DNA of 64,000 nucleotides from Azolla caroliniana (GCA_043228905.1 JBHGNT010000017.1:12214001-12278000), one strand, 5' to 3'; shown: positions 38,001 through 51,198, counted from the stretch's first letter. A program made the numbers and translations. The notes: a model not told the origin generated them from the sequence alone.

Positions 38001-38488
38001 GATCAACACCGGCCAATCCACCTTGACCCCTTCGTATGTTGCGATGATCAAGCCTGCTCGGTTCTGAGGCATAACGGGGGGTCGAGGGTATACGTGGCCG
38101 AACTCATGGAGTACACGGGCAATTTCTCGGAATAACATATCTTCTCCGCCCTGTGTCTTGTAGCCCTTGCTGGCCAGAGAATACTCGCCGAAGTATTTGA
38201 TGAGCCGTTCGGAGGTAGTGTTGTCAATAGTATAGATGCCCCCCTCCGGAAGGCATGTTAGTGCATGGATCGCTTCCTCCGTGATCAGCTCGGTGTCAAT
38301 TTCTTTGATGATCTTGTCGGCTTCTCTGTGTGGTGGTGCGTCCATGATTGTGAGGAACCCCTCCAATCCGTGTTGTCGTAGCCATTTCTTGGCGGCCTCA
38401 GAGAGAGTCTGGCAGTCCATGTCTGTGTCGAGGTCGGACAACGTTGGTGAGGGCTGTGTATGAGGAAGCTCTGTGTCAGGAGGCTCTA
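35067..38488 (-). mobile_element. Second, diverged family A copy (3' LTR 35067-35523 plus extra ORF)
   Basis: LTR homologous to 18044-18539; same CATGGCACGCCCGTGGGACAGTA next to the LTR; homologous extra ORF (VDWPVLIADGL, VVAQWLTLLAPP). Confidence 0.88.
35526..35542 (+). promoter_or_regulatory. Opposite-strand PBS-like site, second copy
   Basis: TGGCACGCCCGTGGGAC, identical to 18542-18558, with the same 2-nt CA spacer. Confidence 0.75.
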
Positions 38489-41400
38489 TGTGAGCATGTG
38501 GATGGATACGAGGAGGTGTGAGTGAGTGTCCAGTATGAATGCTCGAGGGGGCTTACACCCCTATGTATCTACCCCCTCTTGTACTATTTAACCCCTTATG
38601 GGGAATGAATGAAACATATAATCATTTTCTCTTAATCTCTCTCTCTCTCTCTCTTGTCATCTCTCTCTCCCTCTCTCTCTCCCCTTTAACGTTGAACCCC
38701 TTGGGAGGGGGGTGGAGCCATTCTAGGCACCACCCCCCACCCCGCAATGCTTCTCTACATGATCTCTCTCACCATCATACTCTCCATCACCATGTCTATC
38801 TTCATTACCAATCATCATAGTTATCATTCATCATCATTGTCGTCCTTAACCCTAACCCTAAAACCTATAACACCTTTTGGCGACCACTAAGGCGACCCCC
38901 CTTTGGAGACGGAGTCGAAGAATGATACACGAATGTGCAAGCCATAGCGACTAAGTGCAAGAAATGGCGAAACGCGAAAATGACGGTGAAGATGTTGGAA
39001 GAAGTCTATGGAGGAATGCATGAATGGCAACAATGTTTGTGTGAGGTTGCGATTAGTGTCCATGTGCGTGTTTCCGAAAGCGGTTAGCAACAATGTGCGT
39101 GTTCTCAAAAGCGTGGTGCAAGATGCACGACTGGACAAACAACAACACAGAGGGAACCGGTGCCAGCACGACCGGAAAGAGAAGCCCACCAAGAGACTGC
39201 GGAGAAAGTAGCAGTGTGTGGGGCGGAGACCGGCAAGATGTGCTGAGAATGCACGGGCAATGGTTCCAGAAGAAACAACGCAGAGAGAGTTGGAACCGGA
39301 ATCGGAACAAGAACCAGAGTTGGTTAACACCGAAGGACCATAGAAGACAGAGAAGAGATGCAAACGCAAACCAGACATTGACGACCAGAGAAACCAACAA
39401 CACTGGAAAGACACGGTCGGAGACACCTAACAGAGAAGAAGACCATCGGACAAACAGAGACATGGATGTCGACTGCGACAGAGATGCCACACAAAGACCA
39501 TGGGCAATGCAGAATGGCGGAACCAGAGACAAAGTCCCGGAAGGACACAACCAACCAGACAGACACAACTAGAAAGACGAAGGACCAGACCAGATCAAAC
39601 AAACGGTCAAAGGAAATGGGCGGTCGACAGACAACGACAGAGGCGACTGGAAAACCCAGACGGACACAAAGACACCGACACGACGTAGCCAGAGACGAAG
39701 AGCGACGGAGACTACAACTGAAATGCACAGCTAGGGCAACGACAACGGCCAGACGATGGGACATCAACACCGAAAAGCGATACAGACGACAACAACGGCG
39801 GGGCCGGACAAACACACACAATAACAGACGAAGCAATAGATATGGAGACGGTAATGGAGACGGATGGAAACCAATAGAGACAATCACAGAGTCGGCGACA
39901 CAAAATGACCGGACAGAGACAGAGAAGGACGGGCAAAGACGACTGGAGATGGAGATGGAGCCGGTGGACAGGGCCAGACAAATACGGAACGACAGCCAAA
40001 CATCGGTCGAAGAGTGGAAAGAGCGACCGGAATGTTCGGAAACCGGCCGGAATAGCTTGACAATGGCTGGCGCAGCCAGAGCGACGGAGGGCCGGACAAA
40101 TACGGACGAGCGGCCGAAATGCAGCCGGAATGGCCGGAGAGCGACTAATTACCGGCTGGAATGGCAGAACACCCCGGAATGGAGGCGGTTGGACCGGACG
40201 GGATGGACAAACAGAGGACGCCGGACAATGATGAAGATGCAGACGGCTAGATGTTTGCAACGTGAACAGACAGATGAAGGGTCGGTTAGACGGCGACCAC
40301 GATGACAGAAGACGGACAATCAGACGAATAGATGACGAACGATGTGACAGAGATGGACAACCGATGGCCAAAGAGCAACTAGAGCGGCTGGAGTGGCCAT
40401 GCAGCAGTCGAAGCGGCAGCCGGGACAGCGACCGGATAGCCAAAGTCTGAACAGTAGTGGCCAGAGGAGCGGCGATGGAAAGGAGACAGAAATGATGAAC
40501 AAGGACAAAGAACGAGAAGGAGAAGGAGAAGGAGAAAGAGAAGAACAAGAAGAAAAGAATGTCAGAAGAAGGAGAAGAAGTAGAGTTTAACACCAAGAAG
40601 ATGGAAGAAGGAAGCACGTGAGAGAAGAATACTAGAGAACATAGAGAAAGAGACGTTGAAGACGAAGAAATCAAGAAGAAGAAGAAGGAAGGAATCGGAG
40701 GAGACAGTTTGCCAAACATATAGAAAGGAGGGAAACGACAGAAGTAAGAGAAAAAGAAGAAAACAAGAAAAGAAAAAAGAGGTAAAAAGAGAATGATAAG
40801 GGGCATGCGAAGAAATTTTAAAATGTTGAGGGTAATAGCCTAAAATTTCAGAAACTTGGGGGTACTGAATGAAATTTTCAAAACTCGGGGGTACATATCA
40901 AAATTAAAAAAAAACAAGAGGGCACCACCAAAATTTTGAAAATCCCTAAGACTACTCACACACACTCAAAACAAAGGAAGAACATACATATACACGACAT
41001 GATTTTGGACCCATGACGAAGTTCGTAAGCCGATAGAACGAGAATGTTGGTGTCGCGGAAAGATTTCTTGACCGACAAAGATGTTCGAGTCAAGCACTCC
41101 GATCGAGGGAGTCGATCGTTGAAAGGACCGATGGAAGTTCTGATCGAAGAAATATCATCATCAAGGCATGTGGGATTGACGTGCAAGGCACTCTCCCACG
41201 TGCATGCCATATTGTGTTACCCCGTACGAGATGTACGGAGAGTCAAGTGTGATGAGTGAGGGTCGAATGTTATCATGATGTTGTTGTGTATGTGTAGGGG
41301 GCATAAATGTAATTGTGAGTCTATACGTATGTGAACACATGCACACGTGTGTGCATGTGGATGGATACGAGAAGGTGTGAGTGAGTGTCCAGTATGAATG

Positions 41401-41726
41401 CTCGAGGGGGCTTACACCCCTATGTATCTACCCCCTCTTGTACTATTTAACCCCTTATGGGGAATGAATGAAACATGAATAATCATTTTCTCTCTCTCTC
41501 TCTCTCTCTTTGTCATCTCTCTTCCTCTCTCTCCCCTTAACGTTGAACCCCCTTGGGAGGGGGGTGGAGCCATTCTAGGCACCACCCCCCACCCCTCAAT
41601 GCTTGTCTTGTTCTTCATGTTTTCTCTCACCATCATACCATTCATCATTTCCACTATTACACCATGTCTATCTTCGTCATCAATAATCATCATTAACATT
41701 AACCCTAACCCTAAAATCCTACAACA
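38489..41726 (+). mobile_element. Non-autonomous LTR element (family B): truncated 5' LTR 38489-38872, 3' LTR 41308-41726
   Basis: Direct repeats; PBS TGGCGACCAC (tRNA-Arg) at ~38878; PPT AGGGGGCATAAA before 41308; purine-rich low-complexity interior with no pol motifs. Confidence 0.8.
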
Positions 41727-42918
41727 CCGATCCGTGTGAACATACCGAAGTTCGACCTCACCGCTCAGGACACGCTCACGCATGAAGTGATAGTGCACTT
41801 CTATGTGCTTTGTGGAGCATGGAATACGGGGTTCTTGGCGAGCTGCATGCTGCTTATGTTGTCGTAGTAGATCAGAATCGGGGTCGGTACCTCGATCCGT
41901 AGGTCTTGCAGCAACTGCCGAAGCCAAATGGCTTCATAGGTGGCAACGATAGCGCTCCGATACTCACCTCGATCTCAAACGCATCCAACAACTGGGACTT
42001 GACTCGGCTGATTTCATCGAGTCCGGGTCCGGTGATGACCAGATCATCAACGTACAATAGGATGCAAACCTGACCGTCCGGACCTTGCCGGATGAACAAC
42101 AAAGAGTCGGACTTGGAGGCCGCAAACCCCATCTTACGCAACCAGTGCGCGATCTTCGGATTCCAAGCTCGGGGGGCTTGCTTCAAGCCATAAAGTGACT
42201 TCTTTAGCTGGCATACCGCCGACTTGTTCATCTCCGTCTGGAAACCAGGGGGTTGTATCATAAAGACCTCTTCTTCAAGATCTCCTTGAAGAAATGCATT
42301 CTTCACATCCATCTGGTGAAGATGCCACCCCCTTGCCGCTGCAACCGTCAGCACCACACGAATCGTCGTCATCTTCGCTATCGGAGCGAAGGTCTCGTCG
42401 TAGTTGATTCTGTGGGTCTGTGCATATCCCTTCGCCACTAACCGGGCCTTTTGCCGGTTAACTGAACCATCGGCGTTGTACTTTACCTTGTACACCCACT
42501 TGCATCCGATCGGTTTATTATGACGGGGAGGGTCAACCATGTCCCATGTATCGTTGTTATCAAGTGCCCGCATCTCTTCTTCCATAGCGGCACGCCGGTG
42601 TGCATCCTTTGCCACTTTTGCGTAGCTCTCTGGCTCACGCACTTCCGCCATCTTGGTCATGTACGCATAGTGATGCGCCATGTACTCATTGTACTCGTAC
42701 CGCTTAACAGGTTCCTTCTGGCGGGTTGACCGGCGTAACCCACCGTTACCCGGTTTGAGGCCCTTCTTGGCCGGTTCGGTCTTCGGTGCCGAAGAGCCGT
42801 CATTTTCCTTTCCGGAGTTGGATCCGGTCTGATCCGACTCATCATTACCGGTTTCATAATTCGACATCTTCTTCTTCCCCTTCTCTTTGCGCGTGAACCG
42901 TCTCCTCGGTTCCTTGCG

Positions 42919-43458
42919 CGGGGAGAGCATGACAGAGTCTTCATTACTCGCTGGTTCCTCATCCGGCTGGTCGGATTGACCCAGTCTCTCGCTCGGCCCA
43001 CTAAACCGAAACGATTCCGGACTCGATTCTTGAGTCCCGGATTCATCATCTTATAACTGGGCCGGTTCAGGCTCACTAGCCTCATCCTCTAGTATCGGGT
43101 CGGGGTCAAAAGTTGGAGCTAGTAAGGCATACCACGATGCCGTCTCATCAAACTCCACATCACGGCTAACTCGGACTTGCTTCGTCCGGGGAGAGCACGA
43201 CAGAGTCTTCATTACTCGCCAGTTCCTTATCCGACTGGTCGGATTGACCTAGTCTCTCGTTCGGCCCACTCAACCGAAACGATTCCGGACTCTCTTCTTG
43301 AGTCCCAGATTCATCATCTTCTAACTGGGCCAGTTCAGGCTCACTAGCCTCATCCTCCAGTATCGGGTCGGGGTCAGAAGTCAGAGCTGGTAAGGCATAC
43401 CACGATGCCGTCTCATCAAACTCCACATCACGGCTAACTCGAACTTGCTTCATCCGGG
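42919..43458. repeat. 268-bp tandem duplication inside Copia pol
   Basis: GAGAGCA(T/C)GACAGAGTCTTC at 42923 and 43191; CGGGG microhomology at the junction. Confidence 0.85.
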
Positions 43459-45903
43459 GGTTATAACACTTATACCCCTTTTGCTCATGTGAGTAGCCGA
43501 CGAGGATGCACTTCTCCAATTTTGCATCCAGCTTCCTCTGCTTCTCATCCGGCACGTGCACATATGCTATGCTGCCGAAAATCCGAAGGTGTCTCAGATT
43601 CGGCTTGCGCCCGAAATACAGCTCATGCGCGGACACCTTGTCACCGATCTGGTTTTGGATGTAGACGGCCGTCCGGACCGCCTCCACCCAATAGAAATGG
43701 GGCATGCTCTTCTCTTCCAGCATTGCCCTTGCCGCGTCGACAAGCGACCGGTTCTTCCTTTTGGCCACACCGTTTTGCTCCGGTGTGTATCTGCAGCTGA
43801 ACTCTCTCCGAATTCCTGCTTGCTGCAGATAACTGTTGAATTGGCCGGAAAAGTATTCTTTTCCGCCATTTGACCGTAGACACTTGATCTTCCTCTCCGA
43901 TTCCCGTTCCACCATGCTCTGGATGTTCCGGAAACAGTCGAAGACTTCGCTCTTCCGCTCAATGAGGTAGATCCATGTGTGCCTGCTATAGTCGTCGATG
44001 AAGGAGACGAAGTATCGACTCCCGCCAAGACTCACGTTCTGTGCCGGTCCCCATACATCCGAATGAATAAGATCGAGCTTGTTATGGCTACGGTTTTGTC
44101 CGGCGGGGAAGGGAAGCCGGTGTTGCTTCCCGAGTTGGCAGGCTTCACATACTTGGGCCTTCCGGCCACTAAACTTCTGCAAACTGAAAACAACTTGTTT
44201 CGTCTGCAGGTCTTGAAGCCTTTTGTAATTGAAGTGGCTGATCCGTTTGTGCCACATGTCGATGTCCGATTCGACCTTCTGTCCTTTGGCGAACAAGGTG
44301 GTGCCGATGTCATTGGTGTCGAGGATGAACATCCGCCCATCTCTGCGCCCTTGCGCGATAATCTGGCCCTCCTCCTCGATGAAGCACCCGAGGTGTGTAA
44401 ACTGCACCTGCATTCCCTGGTCGACAATCTGTCCGACCGACACCAGGTTCTTCGTGATAGTCGGAACGTGTAATACGTTCATCAGCTTCCCCCTCTGTTG
44501 GACGTGGCTCAGGGGAATTTCTTCGACATGCACGATTGGGTGAGGAGTGTCGTCTCCGGTTTCGACAATTCCCGGTTGTTCCGGTTTCTCCAGGAAGGAG
44601 AACCACTCTTTGTGGTTCGTCATGTGATTTGACGCACCAAAATCAACGTACCACACCTCCTCCGATTCGGGAGGATCCAAGGCTGGCCCCTTACCGGCTT
44701 TTCCGGTTTTGGATCCTCCCGATCCTTCTGCGTAGTGCGAGTATTGCCGGTTCTGCTGACCAGTTTTGCCAGATCCGGATTTGTCCGAATCGGCGTGCTT
44801 CTTCCAGCACTCGCTTTCTTTGTGGCCCTTTTTACCACAGTACCAACATTCCGTTTGCGGATTTTTCTTGCCGGCTTCCGGCGCCGCCTTGACTCCCCCT
44901 GGTTGTGGAGGTCTCGAAACTGGTGTCGGCACGGTCTCTGTGCCGTTGGTCTTGCCCTTGCCGACCGCCTCCATTGCGTGCTGACCCACCTCGTCCACCA
45001 CGCCCATGGGGCCGATCCGCCTCCCTGTACAACATCCGGCTGTCGGTGGGTGCACTTGTTGACGCACCGGCGTGGTTCTCCTCTACAAGGAGCATCGACT
45101 GTAAGTCGAAAAAAGACGACGTATTTTCCCTCGTACAAACTGCCTTTTGGAAAGCTCCGAACCTGGACGCTAGCCTACCAAGGCACACTTGCACCATCTC
45201 GTCCTTCTCGATGTTTACATTGACGGAGGCGAGTGAGTTACAGATTTCCTTGATTCGGGCCATGTAATCGGCCACAAACAGACTTCTTTGTCAGACATTG
45301 CTGAGCTCTTGCCTGAGCTACAGCTTCTTGGCCATTGTGCTTGTGGTGAAAACCTTCTTCAGGTTTCCCCAAGCTTCTTTTGGCGTCTTGGCATCTCGGA
45401 TATGGCTCAACAACTGGTCTCCGACACTGGACGCAAAGCAGTACATCACTCTGCTTGCCGATTGTTCCTACACTGGGAAGTCCTTGTGTGCCGCATCAGG
45501 TGCTTTGTCGTTAGCTCCATCGACATAGCTCCAGTACCCATGCCGAAGCAGGTACTGATGCATCTTGTAAGACCAAGATGTGTAGTTGGTTCTGTCGAGC
45601 TTCTCCACCGGGAGCGAGCTAGTCATTCCTCTATCCATTTGCTTTTCCTGTTCTTTACGAAAGTTTTCCTTTCAAGCTATGTCGGCTGCAGATGTTCTCA
45701 ACCCTCGAGCTCTGATACCATGTAAAAACAAATAGCATGTGGAAGCAATAGAAAAACAGAAAATAGAGGATAGGTTTAATGGAGAGCTTAACAGTATGCG
45801 GGAGAGACAGAGAGAGCAGAACAAGAATCACAATTCAAAAAATTATATCAACACTCTGTACATCGTATGTGTTTAGCAAACAGTTTTATACAAGTCCATA
45901 CGG

Positions 45904-46680
45904 TGTCGCGTTGTTACGCGAGTGCGTGGAGAAAGGCGGGACCACGGGGGTCTTGGACTAGGGGGCGACGGAGCATAGGAAGTCGTGCTTCACGGCTTTT
46001 GGGGCATCTCAGAAACACACCGGAAGCAACCGAAGGGAGAGAGAGCGAGAGAGAGAGAGAGCGTGCTTAACACCGACTCACACACACACACACACGCACG
46101 CACTCACGCACGCACCCACGCCCTCTCGTACAGGTAACACAGGGAAAGAGGGGAGCACCCGACACCAACAAGACGCCAGTATACATAGACAGACGCAAAC
46201 GTATATGTATATATATATATATAAGAAGAATACACTCCCGGCTTCGAGCCGGACCAAGATAGTTTACAATAGTCATCTGCTGTCAAGCCGCCGTCGGGGA
46301 GCTCACGGGCTCGTCGCGCCGAGCGGGGTCTTGCGCAGGAGATGAGCTGAAGCAAACCTCAAGCGAACACGAAGGGAAAGAAGAAGAAGCAGAAGAAACC
46401 TAACCCTAAACCTACCGGTATACCCTCTAAATGCAAAAATGGGCAACCCTTTTTCAAAGGGCGTTCCCTCCCTTTTATAGAACAAGGAGAGGGACGCGTT
46501 ACAATGTGGGACAAATCCTGACTTTCATGGGATCGTCTGTCCCGACTTCACTACTCTTCGGCGCCATAAAGGCGCCCTCGATATTCACACCAAATGTACA
46601 TGGGTGCGTACACACGCTGCACCCCACCGATGTAGACAATGTTTCCCGGTTTTCGCCTATGGCCGAAATTCTCCACGACA
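45904..46680. mobile_element. Solo LTR (TGTCG...CGACA) with 4-bp TSD ACGG
   Basis: ACGG at 45900-45903 and 46681-46684; the sister LTR has a single ACGG at ~34088. Confidence 0.9.
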
Positions 46681-46894
46681 ACGGACTGACAGAAGTATGG
46701 TGTACTTCAATGCTCACTCGAGCGTCTGACACTAGCTGCTACTAGGCTTCTGGTTACTGATGGATCCAGCTAACCGACTCCCCAGCTCACCGACTCTTTT
46801 GCTCACCGGGTGCTCACCGGCTCACTGATCCGTCTCGCTCACTGGCTCAGGCTTATTCAGCCGATCCGGCTCTAATTGAGATTGCCGCTCAACA

Positions 46895-47531
46895 CAAAGC
46901 TTCCGGGTAGGTGCTTTGCGTGCCAGCGGGATGTCGGTCCCTCTAATGTCATGCCGAATTTGGGAATTTTTGACCGTTCGGATTCCGGTTTAGTCAGCCT
47001 TTGGGATACATGATTCACTTCTCATGTTTGTAGGAACGCATAGACGTGCACCTCCGCGTCAGGGTCATCATAGTACTTCGGATACAGGTACGACATGGTG
47101 TAGTCTTCTGGAGGTTGTACCGGAGATGTGTGGTTTAGTTCTTGCTTTGCGGGTGGTGTTGATGAGCCACCTGATTCTTCATCCTCCGGATCATCCGTAG
47201 TATCGTGGCTGCTTTTGTAACTCAAGTGGACACTTTGTTCACTATTTGATTCCGACTCTAAGGTCGAGAATGCCTCCAAGTCTCTATTGCCTCCGGTAAG
47301 CATCCGCAGTCGCGCTTCTGCCTCTTGCAAGCTTGTCAGACTACTGCCCTCGTCGGAAAATTGTTGTTTTTGGAATCGAAGTGCGTCTTCCACGACCCTC
47401 CGAAGCACTCTTGGAAAAGACCGATCCCGTCGGATCTCCTCGACCACTTGCTGGAAGGCTGCTCGCCTTTGCTGTTTTTTGGCAAGTCTTCTTCCTCGTT
47501 CGGTGACTTGGTCGTGAGTCGGCTGAGACAT
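46895..47531 (-). pseudogene. Family A gag N-terminal part
   Basis: ORF 47022-47531 (YPKYYDDPDAEVHVYAFLQT) just downstream of the PBS. Confidence 0.75.
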
Positions 47532-47566
47532 CCATCCCCCTGTGTTCTCTGCTCATTGTAGGAATC

Positions 47567-47576
47567 GTGGTCGCCA
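47567..47576 (-). promoter_or_regulatory. Family A canonical PBS (tRNA-Arg(TCG)-like)
   Basis: Minus strand LTR-CA, then TAGTTTT, then TGGCGACCAC. Confidence 0.75.
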
Positions 47577-47583
47577 AAAACTA

Positions 47584-48393
47584 TGTTATCCCTTAGGCTT
47601 GACAAGCCCTAACATAGGGTGTCCCTATGGAACACTTCATCAAAGGGTGGTACGGGAAGATATGGATAGACCGTAGTATCAAATGGGTCTTAACCGGTTA
47701 CTAACCGGCACTGTTAATGATCGTAACAGACGTGTAAGATTAATTATATTAAGCACAAGACGGTAACCAGATAGACTCTGAACATACGTAAACAACAACA
47801 CTTCTATTAATTATCCATCGTTGATTAATTTTTTAGACTACTAGCCATGATTACCACCAAGATATGTATTCACTTGGACCGCAAGAATTTGTTTATAGGT
47901 TGAATATGGGTATACTAAAGAGCTTTAGTATATGTGGAATCACATTCAGCCAATGTTGGCTGCAACATGATGTTTTTAGAGGCCATAACAAATGCCATCA
48001 TTATTTGGTCTCTTTTCTTACGATATATACTTATGGAGTGGAAACTATTATGTACAATTTGTACATTGCCTTTGGCATTGTTAATTTTAATACCAATGGA
48101 GCATATTTTTTTTGGAAAAAAAAATTATCCATCGTTGATTACATTCTAGCCGGGTCCTTTTATAGGTCTCCGACTGAGTTACAAACCGGTGCCAACCGGC
48201 AACTGGTAACGATCCGGTCCGGATCCGAATCGGCATACCGATTCTGGGTCCGTCCGTCCGCTTCTCAAAATAACATAATACTTATTAATTCTCAAAATAA
48301 CATAGTACTTATTAATTTCAACTCCCTATTCCTTATTAAATACCCCTTTTACATTCTGGATTCTAACTGGCCCTTTTGCCTTGCCGACCAAGA
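47584..48393 (-). repeat. Family A 5' LTR (interrupted)
   Basis: Homologous to 18044-18539. Confidence 0.9.
47828..48122 (+). mobile_element. 5'-truncated LINE tail with 19-bp TSD and poly(A)
   Basis: AATTATCCATCGTTGATTA at 47809-47827 and 48123-48141; homologous to ~14297-14590; absent from the other LTR. Confidence 0.9.
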
Positions 48394-49790
48394 TAATTTT
48401 CTGAAATACACATTTACATCTAGCTTTCCACAATACCCAAACTACTAGAGAAGATATCGTAGACCATACCATGTCCTCTTCCAAACAACGGATTGTTGTA
48501 GTATGAGAGACCTCCAATACATGTCTTCCATCGAAGAGGAGAAGAAAATCACCAAACTCCTTTTCATAGTTCTGAATTTCTTTAGCTAATCTTCCCCATC
48601 TCACAAAACCCATGTGTACACCTGCCTACCATAAATAGGATATAACATTCTCAACATTCTTTTCCAAACTGCTCTAGCAATACGACATATCCATAAAACA
48701 TGGTAAACCGATTCAATGGGAGAACTACAACTATCACATTTTAAATCTTGGCAGTGTCCCTCCATCCATGACTTCACAGGAATGCCATAATGTGTCAACA
48801 ACCATCTAAATAACACAACTTTTTTAGGAATTTGCATGGTCCATAACCATTTCCAATAAGCATTCATCCAATAATCTGTTACATTACCAAATCTCCAGAA
48901 TTTACAAGTTGTTGGTGTAACAATCAGACCTGTCCTTAGCATTTCTCTACCCATTTTTACCGAATATTCAAAAAATGAGATTTGCTTACCTAGAATTCCT
49001 TGCGTTGATCTGATTTTCCATTTCCACTCACCAAGATCCCACAAAAGGCGATCAATGGGCTTATTCTCATAGACCCATAAATCAGAGAGATTGTTTACAT
49101 CATTTGGATGTGAGTTCAATATCCATTTTTTATCTTTCTTACACAATATACGAATAGGGAACCTATTCCCTTGGGTTACAATTTCATCTTCCGCAAAGAG
49201 AGAATGAAGTCGTCTAGAAGGCAAAACATCGAAGTAAAGGCATTCATGAGCATTTTTATAACCCCTAACCCCCAATAAGACATGTAGGGCTGAAAACATA
49301 CCATACCAAAACAGACTAGTTTGAGAAGGCTGAAAGGAAGATATTGTAAACTTAAGACTCTATCCATTTCTGCATACATAATGTTCCCTCCCCAAATTGT
49401 ACCCCAATCATGGGTTTTGTTTTCCATCGCTGAAGAAGAAAAGGTCAACCAATTCCAAACTGCCTTAGCTTCACCTTTATCAAAGTCAGCCCAATTCAAC
49501 CTAGTTCTCTTCCCTAACATTACCCACTCTTCTAATGTAAATAGTGGGTTCAATATGAAGGGTTGAGGCAACCATTCCTCCTTACATGATGGTAGAGATT
49601 GAACTAAGTTATGTTTCAAATCCCACCATGCCTTCATGATACCCCTAAAAAACTTATCTTGGCGAAAAATATCAATGGAATGGTTAAAATCTCTTAAAAA
49701 CCACCATCTAATAGTATCTTTCCAATTGCCACTAATAGAAGGCATAACTTTAGCCATTCTCTGTGTTAAGATTTTTTCCCAAGGCTCCCC
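48394..49790 (-). pseudogene. LINE ORF2 C-terminal region with zf-RVT-like zinc finger
   Basis: WKWLWTMQIPKKVVLFRWLL...CDSCSSPIESVYHVLWIC...ARAVW; WVLWKARC. Confidence 0.85.
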
Positions 49791-49990
49791 ACTCTCATCA
49801 CTTGTGCCCCAATGCCACCCCGTCTCACATCTCAATGCATGCGAGCTAAGTCGCATGGAAGAAATGGTTCGAATGGCAGATATCGGGATGGGCTCTAACA
49901 TGTATCGATGTGTACGGATTCCCCGTTCCGTGAAGAATATGGTTTTGTAGTTAGGTGCAACATTTGTAGTATAATGTGTGAAGCGTGAGC
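49790..49990 (-). pseudogene. Fragment of a different LINE (C-terminal motif)
   Basis: ISSMRLSSHALRCETG resembles the R-LSSH-L-ETGR motif of non-LTR ORF2. Confidence 0.55.
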
Positions 49991-50129
49991 CATTTGATAT
50001 AAAGATCACGTAATATCAAATATACACATATGTTTATTTATCACATATATATGATCAAATACGTATACATGTGACCGCATATGCGTATATTAAAAAAATC
50101 GTAACATCAAATAGCCAACATATGATGAA

Positions 50130-50390
50130 ATCGAGACACGTAATCGAGGCATATAGCCTCTACGCACACGAAACATCCAAAATTAAGGGTTAATCATAAT
50201 ACGCAATTGAGGTATTGACCTCTTACGCATATGACACCAAACGCATATCATTTACATAGAAATCGAGGTATTGACCTCATACGCAAACGTAACATATGTA
50301 ATTGAGGTATTAACCTTGTACGCATACGACACTAATCACATATTAAATATATGTCAAATGAAGTATTGACCTCATACACATATGTAAACG
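50130..50390. repeat. Degenerate tandem repeat with GAGGTATTGACCTC core
   Basis: Core recurs about five times at irregular ~40-65 bp spacing. Confidence 0.6.
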
Positions 50391-50519
50391 TTTTATACAA
50401 CCAATTAATTACCACTACAACATCATCGAATCAATGAAAAAAATTACATATTGACCATATACATGATTAGATGGGAGAAGAAAAAATAGAACCTTATAAA
50501 GCAAACACTATTTCCGATC

Positions 50520-51198
50520 CTGTTACACCACCGCCGCCGGCCCGGAGTATGAAGTTGCTGTCGTCCTCGACTCCAAATTTGTTCGCAACAAACTTTATTA
50601 TTTGGTTGATTGGATTGGCTATAGTCCGGGCAAACGTACTTGGGAACCCGTCGAGCATGTCGCCAATGCTTAGGATCTTCTTGTTGATTTCCAGCGACAA
50701 TATCCGGACAAACCCGGTCCTCAATCAACACCGACTCGTTACACTCCTCGTCTTAAGGGGGGGATAGTGTCATGATATGGCAAGACTCGAACCCATGACC
50801 TTATGCTATATGGGTCAAGCTCTTGACCATTATACCATCTATTGTAATACATAGGATTTATTTTCATTTTAAGTTTTATTATAGGAAATTAATGTATATT
50901 CCAGATTTCTCTGGAACAGTCCTGAGAACACTATAAAAGGAGGCACAAGGCATTTTGTTGAACCAACTTGGTTCAACGCCAGTCTTAAGCCTCATAGCCA
51001 TTTTGTACTTACTCTTCATATAATATATCATCTATTATCATCATCTCTCTCTCTCTCTCTCTCGTCCTCGCTATCTCTCTCTCTCTCCTCTTCTCTCTCT
51101 CTCTCTCGGGAGTCCTACGCAGTCCCGTCCTCTTCGTACTAATAGTACTTCCCTTCTCTAGTACTAATTCTCTCTCTGTTTTAGTACTAATCTTGACA
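50520..51198 (+). mobile_element. Chromovirus (Tcn1-like) 3' end: chromodomain, PPT, LTR 50768-51198
   Basis: EYEVAVVLDSKFVRNKLYYLVDWIGYSPGKRTWEPVEHVANA*DLLVDFQRQYPDKP; PPT AAGGGGGGGATAG; LTR TGTCA...TGACA. Confidence 0.88.
50772..50844 (-). other. tRNA-derived sequence (A and B boxes) in the chromovirus LTR
   Basis: A box TGGTATAATGG (50837-50827) and B box GGTTCGAGTCT (50793-50783) at tRNA-like spacing. Confidence 0.6.

Larger units (their letters stand above)
33910..46894 (-). mobile_element. Ty1/Copia element (LTRs 33910-34332 and 45721-46894), pseudogenised and interrupted
   Basis: iMet PBS TGGTATCAGAGC at 45709-45720; [55 protein letters not shown]; PPT at 34333; deletion at the RT/RH junction ~41968. 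Confidence 0.95.
18044..48393 (-). mobile_element. Family A non-chromovirus Ty3/Gypsy element hosting nested insertions
   Basis: LTRs 18044-18539 and 47584-48393 (the latter with a LINE insert); flanks TTATT/TAATT. Order gag-PR-RT-RH-INT-extra ORF on the minus strand; TATAAAAG on the minus strand of the LTR. Confidence 0.93.

Noticed and set aside
38848-38862. Telomere-like AACCCT repeats (also ~41700 and ~46400)
   Set aside because: Only about two units; common telo-box-like motif in plant LTRs
39053-40806. Long ORFs on both strands inside family B
   Set aside because: Produced by T-poor low-complexity sequence; no domain motifs
18044-48393. Reading family A as a plus-strand element with antisense ORFs
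   Set aside because: TATA box, gag-pol and a PBS are all on the minus strand, and no plus-strand PPT precedes the right LTR
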